Part shown: positions 1-11,671 of the stretch, piece by piece
Numbering within the stretch: position 1 is the stretch's first letter
Layout of the letters: every line of letters begins with the position of its first letter
NCBI GenBank assembly: GCA_050084985.1
Contig: JBITNC010000001.1
Coordinates: 150,412,001 to 150,476,000, forward strand
Direction of reading: 5' to 3'
DNA length: 64,000 bases
Source: Nageia nagi
Taxonomy: Eukaryota; Plantae; Pinophyta
Translations under genes and position numbers: made by a program
Notes under the pieces: generated by a model
Told to the model about the DNA's origin: nothing
The model's input: only the letters and a program-made list of their open reading frames with translations
Database searches by the model: none

Positions 1-65
1 TTTTTTCTTTTATTACTTCGCATAAGGCCATCTAAAGGCATATAATCTTGAAGAGCATAGGTGCA

Positions 66-231
66 ACCCTAGTTAAAAATATCTTGATCTAATGGAGAAA
101 TATCAAGCAAAATTTGCACAAATCACTCTAGTGGTGCATATAAGGACTACCCTAGTTAAAAATCACTTGATCGAATGGAGAAATATCAAGCAAAATTTGC
201 GCAAATCACTCTAGTGGTGCAAATAAGGACT
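66..231. repeat. Tandem duplication, two copies of an ~83 bp unit
   Basis: accctagttaaaaat...gtggtgca(t/a)ataaggact occurs at 66-148 and again at 149-231 with few mismatches. Confidence 0.9.
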
Positions 232-277
232 GATCTCACATCACAACGAGTCTCCCTATTATGCAATAATTAAAGTA

Positions 278-1381
278 TTGGAAAATTTAATGGATTATGG
301 CCTGGGGAAAGTGGTATGAAAAGATGGATTGATATCAAATGGAAGCCTACAGGAGGGTTTAGCATATCCCTTCTTCTGAAAGGTTTTTTATGGTAATTTT
401 TGACTCAAGGGAAGAAACAGAAAGAGTCTTTGGAAGAGGTCCATGGTTTATGGGTAGAGCAGGTCTCTTCATGATGAGATGGTATGAGGGATTTATACAC
501 AAAGTGTGAAACTATCAATAGTTCCTATTTGGATAAGGATGTATGGACTGCCAATATAATTTTGGGAGATAAACACATTTCAAGCAATTGACAACACGTT
601 AGGAACTGTTTTGGACGTCACAGACACTACACGTATAAAGGATGGTGCCCTCGCAATCTATGCCAGAATACAGTGTTTTGATAGATCTAGATAATCGTTT
701 GCTTAAGGTTATTGCTCTTAATTATGGAGATACAAACTTGGAATAAGATCTTAGACTATGAAAAATAGCCTTTAGATGTAGGTACTTCCAAAGGTGGGAC
801 ATATTGAAAGGAATTGTCCATTGAAAAGCATAGGAGAAAAACTTGAAGAAACCAGGGCTTGGAACAAAAGGAAAGATCATGACGAAAATAGGTTTATGAA
901 ACCAAAGAACACAGCCAAACCGGTGCAAAAATGGAGGCATATTGACAGGGCATGTGTAAGTAACAAAAAGTCCTTTGTAGTTTTGTTCGATGAAACAAGG
1001 ATTAAGCAAGACCTATTAGACCATGAGAAAAGAATTAAAAACTTGACTCATCCTGAAAAAAGGGTCTTTTATGAAGAGTTTCACTCCCAAAAGAGACCTC
1101 AAGAGAAAAATCCTACAAAGCCTGTGATTGATCCTGAATTATCATCAACTAATGACTCTATAGATTCCAGTCCTATTGCATGTACATATAAGGAAGAACT
1201 ATCACAAAGGAATAAGCAATTGTTGGTTTGTTTTAAATACGTCTGTCAAGAGAAAAGCAAATTAGAAAATGAACTTAGTAAGGAGACTGATTTTATGGCT
1301 CAATTAATAAAGATAGATTATGCAGATGAATTTAGAAGGATTCTAAGGAATATAATTATGAAGATTATTCCTGAATCCTAA
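278..1381 (+). pseudogene. LINE ORF1 (DUF4283 + CCHC zinc knuckle), disrupted
   Basis: IGKFNGLWPG..RWID..WKP, GPWFMG, and CRYFQKVGHIERNCP (degenerate CX2CX4HX4C) lead into ORF 794..1381. Confidence 0.85.
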
Positions 1382-1549
1382 CAATGGGAGAGGAAGAAGA
1401 GGTAGGCCTTCAAAATCACATGTTAGGGCAAGAGAAGAAAAAGCTAGCATAAAAGAGCTTCTCATTAAAAAAATCATTGAGCTTCTAATGAGAAAAATCA
1501 ATGGTAAAAGTGGAGAGTTGGATGGGTTGCCAAATGAAACCTTGGCATA

Positions 1550-4230
1550 ATGATTTTATGGAATATGCAGGGTATTAATATCCCAGCAAAGCAAAGGTGT
1601 ATAAAGGAGAAACTAGATATTATCTGCATTCAAGAAACTAAAATATCAAAAGATGAAATTGGAAAGATAGTACAGAATGTATGAGCATAATGTGAACTGG
1701 AAGCGATGGATTTGGAAGGGGAATCAGAAGGCCTACTGACCTGCTGGAACCCAACATGAGTAAACTGTTAAAACATTCAAACAACAAGATCATGACTAGC
1801 TATGAAAGTGGGTTGCTTCTTTACAAATTTAGGTTTTATCATTGTCAATGTGTATGGTCCTTCCACACAAAAGGAAGAATGGTTGTATGGAATGAGATTG
1901 AGATAGTTATTAGGAGAATTTATCTACAAACTCAATATATGATAATTGGGGGTTTTAACACAATTACAAACTTTGATGAGAAGTTTGGAGGATTAAGAAC
2001 ATATTCCTAGCATATGATGGACATTTCAAGTTTTATTCATAATAATAACCTTTGTGATATAGAATTTGAATCAGATGACCTTTCATGGACAATAACACTC
2101 TTTCTAACGTCAACACTTTGACATGGGTTAGTTCAACTTCAAGCCACTGGCCAATCAAAGTCATATTAGAGCTAGAACAATTTAAGAGGAGACCGTATTT
2201 AAAATATGACCAGGTGTGGGAAATTCATTCCCAGTTCACTGAGATTGTGTCAGATGCGAAAGTTAGTGAAGCAAGAGCTATACGTAATATTTTGACCATG
2301 TAGAAAAAGCTACGGGTCAGAACATTAATATGATGAAGTCAACATTTTAGTTATTAAATACCCCCTTCAGAAGAAAGACAAATATTTGCAGAATCCTTCA
2401 AATAGAGGAGGCAAAAATGCCAGCTACATACTTGGGCCTTTTCTTATTTGAAGGAAGGGCAAGGACAGAGCTTTGGAATCTGGTTGTTAATAAAATACAA
2501 AGTAGGCGTCCAACATGGAAAGGAAGATGGTTATCCCTCATAGGAAGGGCACAATTAATAAAACCAGTTCCACATGCCATCCCAATTGCTTTTTTTGTCA
2601 TTGCCTGTAATGCCAAAATTAGTAGAAAAATGTATATTCAGACCTACAAGAACATTCTTATGGTCTGTAACAACTGAGCATGAGATGTTCCCTCTTGTAA
2701 AGTAGAGTTCCATTTGTGCTGACTGGTCTAAAGGAGGATTTTGGATTACGGATAAGATCACTAGGTGAAACAAATATAGCATTAAGGGGCAAAGTAATTT
2801 GGAGGATGTATAAGGAGAATAAGAGGCCACGGGCCTGAATCCTCTTAAATAAATATGTAGGGAATGGGTTAAAGAAAACAATTGATAATTTGATACCTAG
2901 TATCAAATGGATGATTGGCGATGGAGAAAAAATCTACTTTTGGCATGATACATGGTGTTACGAAGCTCCTCTTAATAAAGATCAAGTTCTGAGACCATGG
3001 ATAGAACTTTTAAAATCAACAATTTGGAGATAAAACCTCTAATATAATAACTAAGGGTGAAGATAGTAGGAACACATGGAAAGAAGTCACCTTTTTAGAA
3101 ATCCAGGATTTCAAAGTAAGCAAATATCTACGGAGAAAAATCATAATTGTTATCCTACCTGATGATGTTGAAGATAGACTAATTTGGGGGCTGATATCTT
3201 CAGGGGAATATTTAGTTCAAAGTGGCTATAAGCTAAAGCCTAATACATCAAGAGAGCAAAGAAGAGTCAAAACTTTGAGACTTAGTATGGTCCAAGCAGA
3301 GTATACCTAGAGATAAAATGTTTGTGTGGTTGATTTGTCACAATTGTTTTTTACATGGAATAATTTGATGAAAAAGGGATTCTATGACCCTTCACTCTAT
3401 GTTGTGCAAAAAAGAGGAGGAAATCCTAGATCATGTGTTAGGACAGTGTCCAATGGCATCGAAATTATGGTAGTAGGTGTTTAATAAATTTGAAACAAAC
3501 ATGGTGATGAATGGGAGAATAGAGGATTGCATAATGTAGTGCAGGATAGTTGTAAGTGCAAATCCTTAGAGACGATATGGGAAGTAATAAGAAATACAAT
3601 CTTATGGACCATATGTCTTAAAAGGAACTAAAGAAGTTCTAAACAACAAGCAAAGTAGCTTGGATACTCTTCCAGAGATGAATCTGCACAATTGTGGAGG
3701 ACTTCAAACCAACCTGCCCCTCCTACTCTATACCAAATTCAGAAGCAAAATTCATTGATAGATGGGGCCAAGACATGAGATGGGCTCCCACTAATGGAAA
3801 CGAGATAAATAATAGAAAATATGAAGATGTTAAATGGAATTCTCTTAATGTTGAATGGTTAAAACCAAATTTTGATGGAGCATCAAAAGGTAACCTTGGG
3901 CCTGTAGGAGGTGGAGGAATCATCAAAAATTACTTTGGTGACATCTTGTATCATTATGTTTTCGGTCTTGGAAGAAGATCAAATAATGAAGCTCAAACTT
4001 TGGCTGCATGGGAAGGTCTGAGACTATGTGAACAGTGTGGATGGAAGGTGACTCCACGATAGTAATCAATGCAATATTAGGAAAGCAAAGGCCTCATGTA
4101 ATATACAAGGGCTTGTCACTGAAATCAAAGGATTAGTGAGAAAATTTGGTGAAATCAAGATTTCCCACACTATAAGGAATGGGAGCATATGCGCTGATGC
4201 CTTAGCTAGTAAGGGGAGTCTTTGTGGAAG
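1550..4230 (+). pseudogene. LINE ORF2 remnant: AP endonuclease, RT C-terminal region, RVT_3 RNase H-like
   Basis: ORF fragments 1756..2010, 2085..2303, 2417..2677 and 3694..4062 carry the motifs listed above. The RT catalytic core is absent near 2250. Confidence 0.85.
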
Positions 4231-5789
4231 ATATTGAATTAAGTCCCATTGTCCTTGGCACATCGAGTTAGTGGGCATGTGCTAAATATGACAGACACAG
4301 ACTTTGAAATAAAGTCATACATTATTCAAAAATCATTTGAGTCATTTAATGAGATGGCACAACATTGGGTACAGCTATGATATATGGTAATCATCTTCTA
4401 CATCCTCTTCTTCTTTGATTGAACTCATAAATATGTTTGTGCATATAAAGGATGACTTTATTAAGCTTATGCACAGAAATTGTATTCCACAATCATTTGC
4501 AAGTGAAACTAGAGGGCCAATGTTTTCCACAACAACTACAAACTTGGGTTTGACAGTACTCTTCATTTTAGGGCTTTGCAAGGATCGAAGGATCTGGAAG
4601 ACAAATTTTTGGTCAGTTTTCGAAGGTGGAAGTTTATGCTACTTTAATGGTACATCCTGTATAACTCTTTCTCAGTCAAGGAATGATACACTTTTGTAGA
4701 ATACAGAAGAACCGGAGAAGAAATGGCTTTAAGAGCATTCAAGTACAAACATTTCAATTGCATCAGTTGAGAGTATTCAAGATCACATGAGGAAGAGAGA
4801 TTGATGGTCATAATCTAAGAATCATGTAGGAGATACAGGTTGCAGTTTTATTTTGAAGTCCTAAAAATGGCAAGAATGACTTGGAAGGTATAATATAGAG
4901 GGTTTGAAAATCCACATAATTTATATTTAAAAATTCTCTCTCAAGTAATTACTTGAGTCTTCATTGATTTTATTTTTTAGCAATTTCAAGGTTACTGTCC
5001 AAGAGATGTGTCTGTTCTTTTTGAGATTCTAATAGGATGGGAGACCCAAGTACAACCCCTTTTTATCTACTGAAAAAAAAAGTTGTTAGATTTAAGGATC
5101 TGAACATTCACACAAGTTAATAATGAAATGGTAAAAGAGGCCTTCGACAGAGGAATCAATAATCACAAGTCAGTTAAAACATCCCAAGGCTGATTACATT
5201 ACATGAATAACAATAAAGAATAATAAAATGTTACATTACAAGTCAGCTTGCTAGGAACATTATTGACCTTCAAGAAAGTTACATTCCAATAAGGAGTGCA
5301 CAATGCTAGCAGTCCATATGACAATAGTACACTCCTATATCCCCCAAGGAACAAGAGAAAGATTTCCTGTGAAGATGGATGCCAAAGATGTCAAACGCAG
5401 TTGTTTGGTGCAAAAACCTCACCTCTGCCAGGGTTATTTGGGAAGTTGCCACATCCTCAATCTTACTTCTCGAATCAAAGTTTGCTTTATGATCATCCCT
5501 ATGAATCTTCCTGAAGGTGCCTTGAAGATAACGAATGGATATTTAACACACTTATCAAAGGTGAAAACCAAGAAGATGGCAGGAAGTCATGATTTTCTAG
5601 AATATCCAGCCAGATTTTCATGAACTCTACCGACTTAGAAGAAGTGTGGTTCTCAACATAACCAACAAGATGCATTCCATAGCCTCCATCATCCATTTAA
5701 TACCATTACTCATCAACATCCATAATAGATTCCAACAATTGTATATAATTTAACCAACAATAATGATACTTAGCAACATGACACCTTTC

Positions 5790-7745
5790 TTGAAATCTAG
5801 TAAAGGAACAATAGCATGGCATTCCTAAAAAATGGAACAATTGACATGCACCACAAAATGTATCTCATGCCTCTAAGATAAGGTCCACTCAATAGGTCCT
5901 CTTGAGTCTATATGCTAAAGACAAGTGCCAACCCATCAAGAGACACTTGTCAAGGCCAATTGAAATTGTGTAGATGCAAGATCCTCATCCTTCATACATG
6001 ATACGGCAATTTCCAAAAGTCAAACGTATATGAGAATCATCTTGAGAACACTAAAAGGACCTCAGTTATACCTCCTATTGCCTCAAAAAATGAGCTAGAG
6101 ACCAATAAAAGACAACAGTCTGATGCTCACTGTGATCGATGTCTTGGTCATGTTTTCTACATGACCTCTCCTTATCCTCCAAAGAATACTCAAAAAACAA
6201 AACCTTGGAACCATTTTTTACCTTCCTAATTGTAACATCCCCTTTTTAACAAAAATAAGTAAATTTGGGATCCTAGGTGTTCCCTTTGCAAATATTTTGT
6301 TCCATTGGACCCATATTATGAGCCCCAAAGAGGGATGTTCTCCTCCCAAGCTTAGGATGAGTTATTTATTTGTACACTTGGAGATCCTAAATATTGATTG
6401 TGGGAATCCCAAGTCTTGTAAGCACCTAGGATGGCACATAAGCATGGATAATCACTTATAGCCCCAACGTTGGACTTGGGAGCACTTGTACACTTGTGCT
6501 AGCCTTGGGGAAACTCCTAAACCCCATGTTGGCCCATGATGACACCTAAGCACCCACATGACTCCTAGACACCCATGTTGGGCATGTATGGTGTTAGGCA
6601 TGCATGATCCCTAGGCACCCACGTTGGGCATTTTGGAGCCTCGAGGAGGCTAATGTTGGATTGGGGAGGCTGGGTGATGACTTCTAGGTGAGATCCAAAT
6701 CTAGGGAATGTTATAAAATACACTGGAGCATCATTGCAGAGATATGTTGATTATTATATTGAAACCCCTTCTCTCAGAGTTACCAAAGACTTGGCGGCAT
6801 CAAGCACCCTTGGGTGTGTAGACCAAAGAGAGCCCAGGAGGCTTGGAACACATTCAGACTAGTGGTTGAGGTGAATGTTCGTGCTGTGAGATTGCCCTAC
6901 CTTGAGGCGTCCATAGCGGTCTATAGTTTTGAATCCATCTGGTGGCATTTCGGAATCGCACTTGTTCTCTTCGTCGGGAGCTAGCCTGTGAGGAAGCCCT
7001 TTAGTGAGGCGTCCACATATCTGGTTGAGTGTGGTTGTTCTACAACATATATGCATTAGTGATCATATATGCATATTAGTGTGCCCTAGTTGGCTCCTTT
7101 GAGGCCAAAGTTGAGGCCTTAAGGGTTGGTATTGTATTGTACTCATTATTTCATCATTAATTGAGCCGTGGCACACTTGATCTCCATTTCTTGTCTCATA
7201 TTTTTATGTGCTTGATATCTTGCTTCTCTTGGTGTATGTCATGTTTTTGGGATTATTTATGGCATGTTTTGCATGAGTTTTGGATGCCCTAGTGCCACAT
7301 TGAGGTTTTGGTGTTTTTCGGCTTAAGAGGTGCAACGTTGGGGTTTCTGGCACATTGTGTGACTTGTTTGATGCCCTAAATCAGTTTGTGGCATGCTTAG
7401 AGGCCTAATTTGATGTTTATTGTTTATTAATTGGCTAATATTTGCATGGAGAATTATTTGGGATTTTACACTAATGCCATGAAGAACAATATCAGATTTG
7501 GAAAACACCCTCTTGATGCAAATCAAAATAGTAGTGTGTACATGGTTTCTTACTATGGATTAACATATATAGGTGAAACTTGAGAACCATATATCCCATG
7601 ATCAATGAACATTGTGGAGCTATTAAACACAATTTCATTTGTAAATCAGCTGTTGCAGAACATTTGAAGAAAACAGAACATGACTTTTGCATTGAAGATT
7701 TAAAGGTATTTTGCCATATCCTTCTCACAAGAAAGACCATTTGAA
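5790..7745 (+). mobile_element. Penelope-like element (Dryad-type) 3' fragment: RT thumb/linker + GIY-YIG endonuclease, interrupted by a solo LTR
   Basis: Removing 6231-7475 restores one frame: LQRILKKQNLGTIFYLPN|AMKNNIRFGKHPLDANQNSSVYMVSYYGLTYIGET. After a frameshift it continues RTIYPMINEHCGAIKHNFICKSAVAEHLKKTEHDFCIEDLKV, matching the PLE GIY-YIG pattern VY..YIGET.R...R..EH....S.VAEH....H. Upstream NNSMAFL/KNGT/YL-HAS resemble the PLE RT C-terminus. Confidence 0.8.
6231..7470 (+). mobile_element. Solo LTR (Gypsy-type), 1240 bp
   Basis: Termini tgtaacatccc...gggattttaca. Exact 5 bp TSD CTAAT at 6226-6230 and 7471-7475. TATA-like tataaaata near 6712. Degenerate cccatgttggg repeats at ~6460-6660. 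Confidence 0.92.
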
Positions 7746-7870
7746 TGCCCTCCTTCCTCTGAAAAGGAACACCTACCTCAATGTCCTCTACTATGACTAT
7801 GGGAGAAACTATATTAGCGACATCAACTCCAACACTCAAGAGAGAAGGCGCTAAACTAGCTCGTCACACA

Positions 7871-10410
7871 AGTTGTGCCCTACACAACTCACCTCAAAAT
7901 TTCGCAATTTTGGGAACCCTTAGCAGCTTACACTCATGTGACACCAAGTTGGCACGATCCCTCCTTGTCCCTGACTGACCGGAAACCACGCCTATCTTCC
8001 CATCACCTAAGTGAGTCCAACCGCCCAGTCTTGGTTGTGTCATGATAAAAAGCTAAAACCCTTGAAAAATTGGCTAAGTTTGAAAAATCTAAGTCGAGTT
8101 TAGGTGAAACTGGGAAACTTGTGTCGAGTCGGAACCAAGCCAAATGAGTTTGGGCCACTCCCTGGCTTGGCGCATGCTCCAGAAAGACAAAATTTTGTCT
8201 TTTTGGGACGTGCGCTCAAGCGAGGAGGATGCCCTATCTAAAGTCCAAGTGCCTAAGATGAAATTGAGTCATTTCCAGACCTGGTGCATGCCATGAAAAG
8301 ACAAAATTTTGTCTTTCTGAGGCATGCACCAATCTCAAGGAGACGTCTAGGATGGAACAAAGGCTCGAAAAAGCTAACTTCAATCATTTTAAGGTTGGCG
8401 CATGCCTCAAAAAGACAATTTGTCTTTTCGGAGCATGCGCCAAGCCTAGGAAGGCATCCAGTTGAGTCGAAACATGAAAATTGGCTAAGGCATGGAGCCT
8501 CGAAGCCTATATCTCGCTCTAGCATGACCAGAGGGGTTGGCGCATGCCTCAAAAAGACATTCTTTTCTTTTGGGAGCATGCGCAAAGCCTAGGAAGGCAT
8601 CCAGTTGAGTCGAAACGTGAAATTGGCTAAGGCATGGAGCCTCGAAGCTTGTATCCTGCTCTAACATGACCAGAAGGGTTGGCGCATGCCTAAAAAAGAC
8701 AAATTCTTGACTTTTGGGAGCATGTGCCAAGCCTGGGAAGGCACCAGGATGGAACGAACTTGAAAATATTACTAAGTCTCGGGAGTAGAAGACCAAAATG
8801 AAGCAAATCTAGCCACCTGCAACCTAGCGCATGCCTCAGGAAGATAGGATCAAGACTTTTTGGATCATGCACCCAGATTGGAAGAGCTGGAGAGATTGGA
8901 GCGCATTTCAAAAAGACAAAATCTTGTCTTTTGAAATCATGGGCCAAGCTTGGAGAGGCCTTTGGGTCGAACCGTTGGGAAAAATGAGCAAGCTAGGACA
9001 CCAGGATGAGCAAATTGGGGAAGTTCAGATCACATCTAGCTCAGGAGAGTTGGGAGCACCATTTCAAAAGACAAAATCTTGTCTTTCTGTAGCATGCTCC
9101 TAGCTCAAGAGAGAGTTGGGAGCACCGTTTCAAAAGACAAAATCTTGTCTTTCTCCGACATGCTCCAAGTTCGGGGCATACGCTCGAAATGTCCAGATTT
9201 CAAAGACAGTCTCAGGTCATCCTAGTGATACATACGGGCTACTAGATTGTCCTTGCAGGCACCCAAAAGGTGAACAGGTCAAGTCTAGTGTTGTAGAGGC
9301 CAGGGAGATACACGAGCCTAAGAATACCAGAAGAGCACAACAACATGTTGCAGTTGCAATAGTTTTATTTTATTTTATTTATTGCAATTTTATTTCAAAT
9401 TTGAATTCCAAAGACTTATTAAATTTTGTACAACCTTGTGACAGATGAGGATTTCCTTCCACAGGTGCTGGAATGAATCTTGTAATGCCATGTGGCACTT
9501 TATTATTGGACCACATTTATTTTTCTCGGAATCCTTAATTAGGGTTAAGTCAACATTGATGGTTGCTCCAAAACTATTTATACCCCATTTTGATTCATTT
9601 TGTAAGGGGGATTGACACTTTAACAATTTGAAGGAACTTTGTTTGTATCTCAAAATTCTCTAAAATTTGTTAATGTGGTGTATGTATATGTAAATATGAT
9701 GAAATGCTTCTCATGTTGTAATGCCAAATTTGAATGAATGATTGACAATGCTGTCTAGTTTGTTCTATCATTGCTTTGTGTTGATTAATCACTTGGTGCA
9801 TCTTATAAATTCCGGTTGGGATGGACAAGAGAATGCTTGAAAATTTCATGAAGTGTTTGATTAGCACCTTGTTGGTGATATTTTGACATTTGCAATCTTA
9901 GGCTTGGATACTTCAAGATGTCTTGTTGATGTCGCTCACAGTAGGAACTTCACCCAGATTGTTGAGTGTTACCTTCACCCCATCCTATTCCATCCTTGCC
10001 ACAGCTTCATGCTCCTTCCACTAGACCATTTGTGTTGTTGGCTAGTGGAACGGATTGAGGGTATGTGGAACCTACGCCAAGACCTAGCAAGTCGACTTTT
10101 GAGGACCTTATCTCGAGCTCGCGAGCATGCATGCCTATAGTTGCACCCTACTACCCACAGTCTTTCCACCAATTTTTCATTTTCTTTATTTTACACTTCT
10201 TTTTTCCGCGATTTTCGCACCTCTTTTTCCCTTTAGCATTTTCCAGAAACGACTATGCCTGGATACAAACGCAATCCGAGTCCTTGAATCCACACATGAT
10301 ATTCATGTTGGTGGCAGCTTTAAACATCTCAGTCGGTTCCTGAGTTATCCTCACCATGTTGTGAAGCTAACCTTTGGGGTAAACAGTCCCCATAGTGGGA
10401 GGGTGTGACA
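7871..10410. mobile_element. Putative long solo LTR or LTR-like insert (~2.5 kb)
   Basis: Ends agttgtgccct...agggtgtgaca, explicable as CpG-decayed TGTCGCGCCCT/AGGGCGCGACA inverted termini. GC/CpG-richer than its flanks. Both flanks share the motif acctcaatgtcctc. No TSD found. Confidence 0.5.
8165..9171. repeat. Array of nine ~50 bp palindromic (hairpin) motifs; copies 3-5 lie in a ~143 bp tandem unit
   Basis: Consensus ttggcgcatgc(c/t)c-aaaagacaaaattttgtctttt-ggagcatgcgccaa near 8166, 8282, 8395, 8537, 8679, 8825, 8897, 9050 and 9116. Confidence 0.88.
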
Positions 10411-11671
10411 TGCCTTCACCTGAGGTGTTGGCATTTTTCTCACAACTCCAGGGTAGGAAAGAAAAACACACCAACACCACACATGTAAAGATCTTCAGTG
10501 CAATGCTCTCTATACTTATGGAAGGAACCTCCACAACAATTCTCTACTTGTGGAAGGAACCTTGGAACAATACTGTCCATATTCATTAAAAGACCCTTGG
10601 GTGCATTGTACTCCATGCTCATGGAGTGAACTTTGGATGCAGTGCTCTTCACACTTGTGGGAGGAACCTTATATGCAATGCCCATGCCCATGGATGAACC
10701 TCAATGTCCTCCACAGTTTCAGAAGGAAACTCAAAAGCATTGTCCTCTCTTCTCATAGGAGGTACCTATTAATGATTTTTATCATATGTTTCTTCACCTA
10801 TGGCATTGCTGTCCTTTAAACTACAAGGTACAACTGGGCCTATCAGAATAACTATGGGATTCCTTACCTCTCATTAAAGGAATGAAGATTGGTAAGTGTG
10901 ATGTAATTCTGATTCCTGATGATTCAGACTATGTCCATCAAAGCAAGAAGACGAATCCTCCGAAGAAACCTTGTTACAACAAACCTCATGACTGGTATCT
11001 ATGTAGTCCACCTCAACAATGGAAGGAATAACTGGATTGGAGGAGAAAACACCATCACTTCTACACCACAAAAAAAGATCAAAAGAAGGTGCCTAGTAGA
11101 CAAAGTTCTCATAATCCCCATGATAACCATCATAAGGAGGAATCATCAAAATTAGAATCAGAATGACTACCACAACATAACTTGTCTGAAAAGTAAATTG
11201 AGTATCCTCAACCTCACTTTCATAACCATTCGAAGAGATGAAATAATCAATCTCATGGTTTGTCTGAATCATTTAGCCCATAAAGGATCTTCAAGTGGCC
11301 TCATAATTGTTTGGTTGTTCTCATTCCTTTACACACTACTTAGAGCTTCTTTAAAAGGTTGTATTAGGGAAACAATTAACCATCCACTACACTCCTCTGC
11401 GTGTAGCCATGCTACAATATCATAATTTCAAATGTCCCTATTAATACGCCATGATCATTAAGGAAGTCAATTATGTGTTCCTCCATTCTTGATGGTTATG
11501 TTCTCTTGCTAATTTAATGTGTAAAACCTCCACTTTATCCTCCAACTAAGACAATGAAGGGAAAGATACCCCACCAATGTGAAGAGCTCAAACATATACA
11601 TGACTTGCGATTTAGCCAAGAATGCTTACTCATTGAAAAGATATGGCCTCTGGAAGTTTGCATCAAAAAGG

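Larger units (their letters stand above)
278..4230 (+). mobile_element. Degenerate plant L1-type LINE (ORF1 + APE + RT remnant + zf-RVT + RNase H)
   Basis: Ordered motifs on +: DUF4283-like GPWFMGRAGLFMMRW, VPIWIRMYGLP, zinc knuckle; APE motifs WNMQG, CIQETK, VNVYGP, IIGGFN, SHWPI; post-RT PATYLGL..WKGRWLSLIGRAQLIK; RNase H-like WLKPNFDGASKGNLGPVGGGG and ADALASKG. Many stops and frameshifts; no poly(A) or TSD seen. Confidence 0.9.

Noticed and set aside
7492-7839. 115 aa minus-strand ORF as a gene
   Set aside because: It is antisense to the GIY-YIG remnant, which explains the sequence better.
8165-9171. CRISPR-like array (palindromic repeats with spacers)
   Set aside because: The context is eukaryotic TE DNA with no cas genes. 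The repeats are ~50 bp and degenerate, and the spacers are unequal and partly duplicated (143 bp tandem unit).
8253-9448. Overlapping ORFs of 85-110 aa on both strands
   Set aside because: They are by-products of GC-richer palindromic repeats and give repetitive peptides (FVFLRHAP) with no domain signature.
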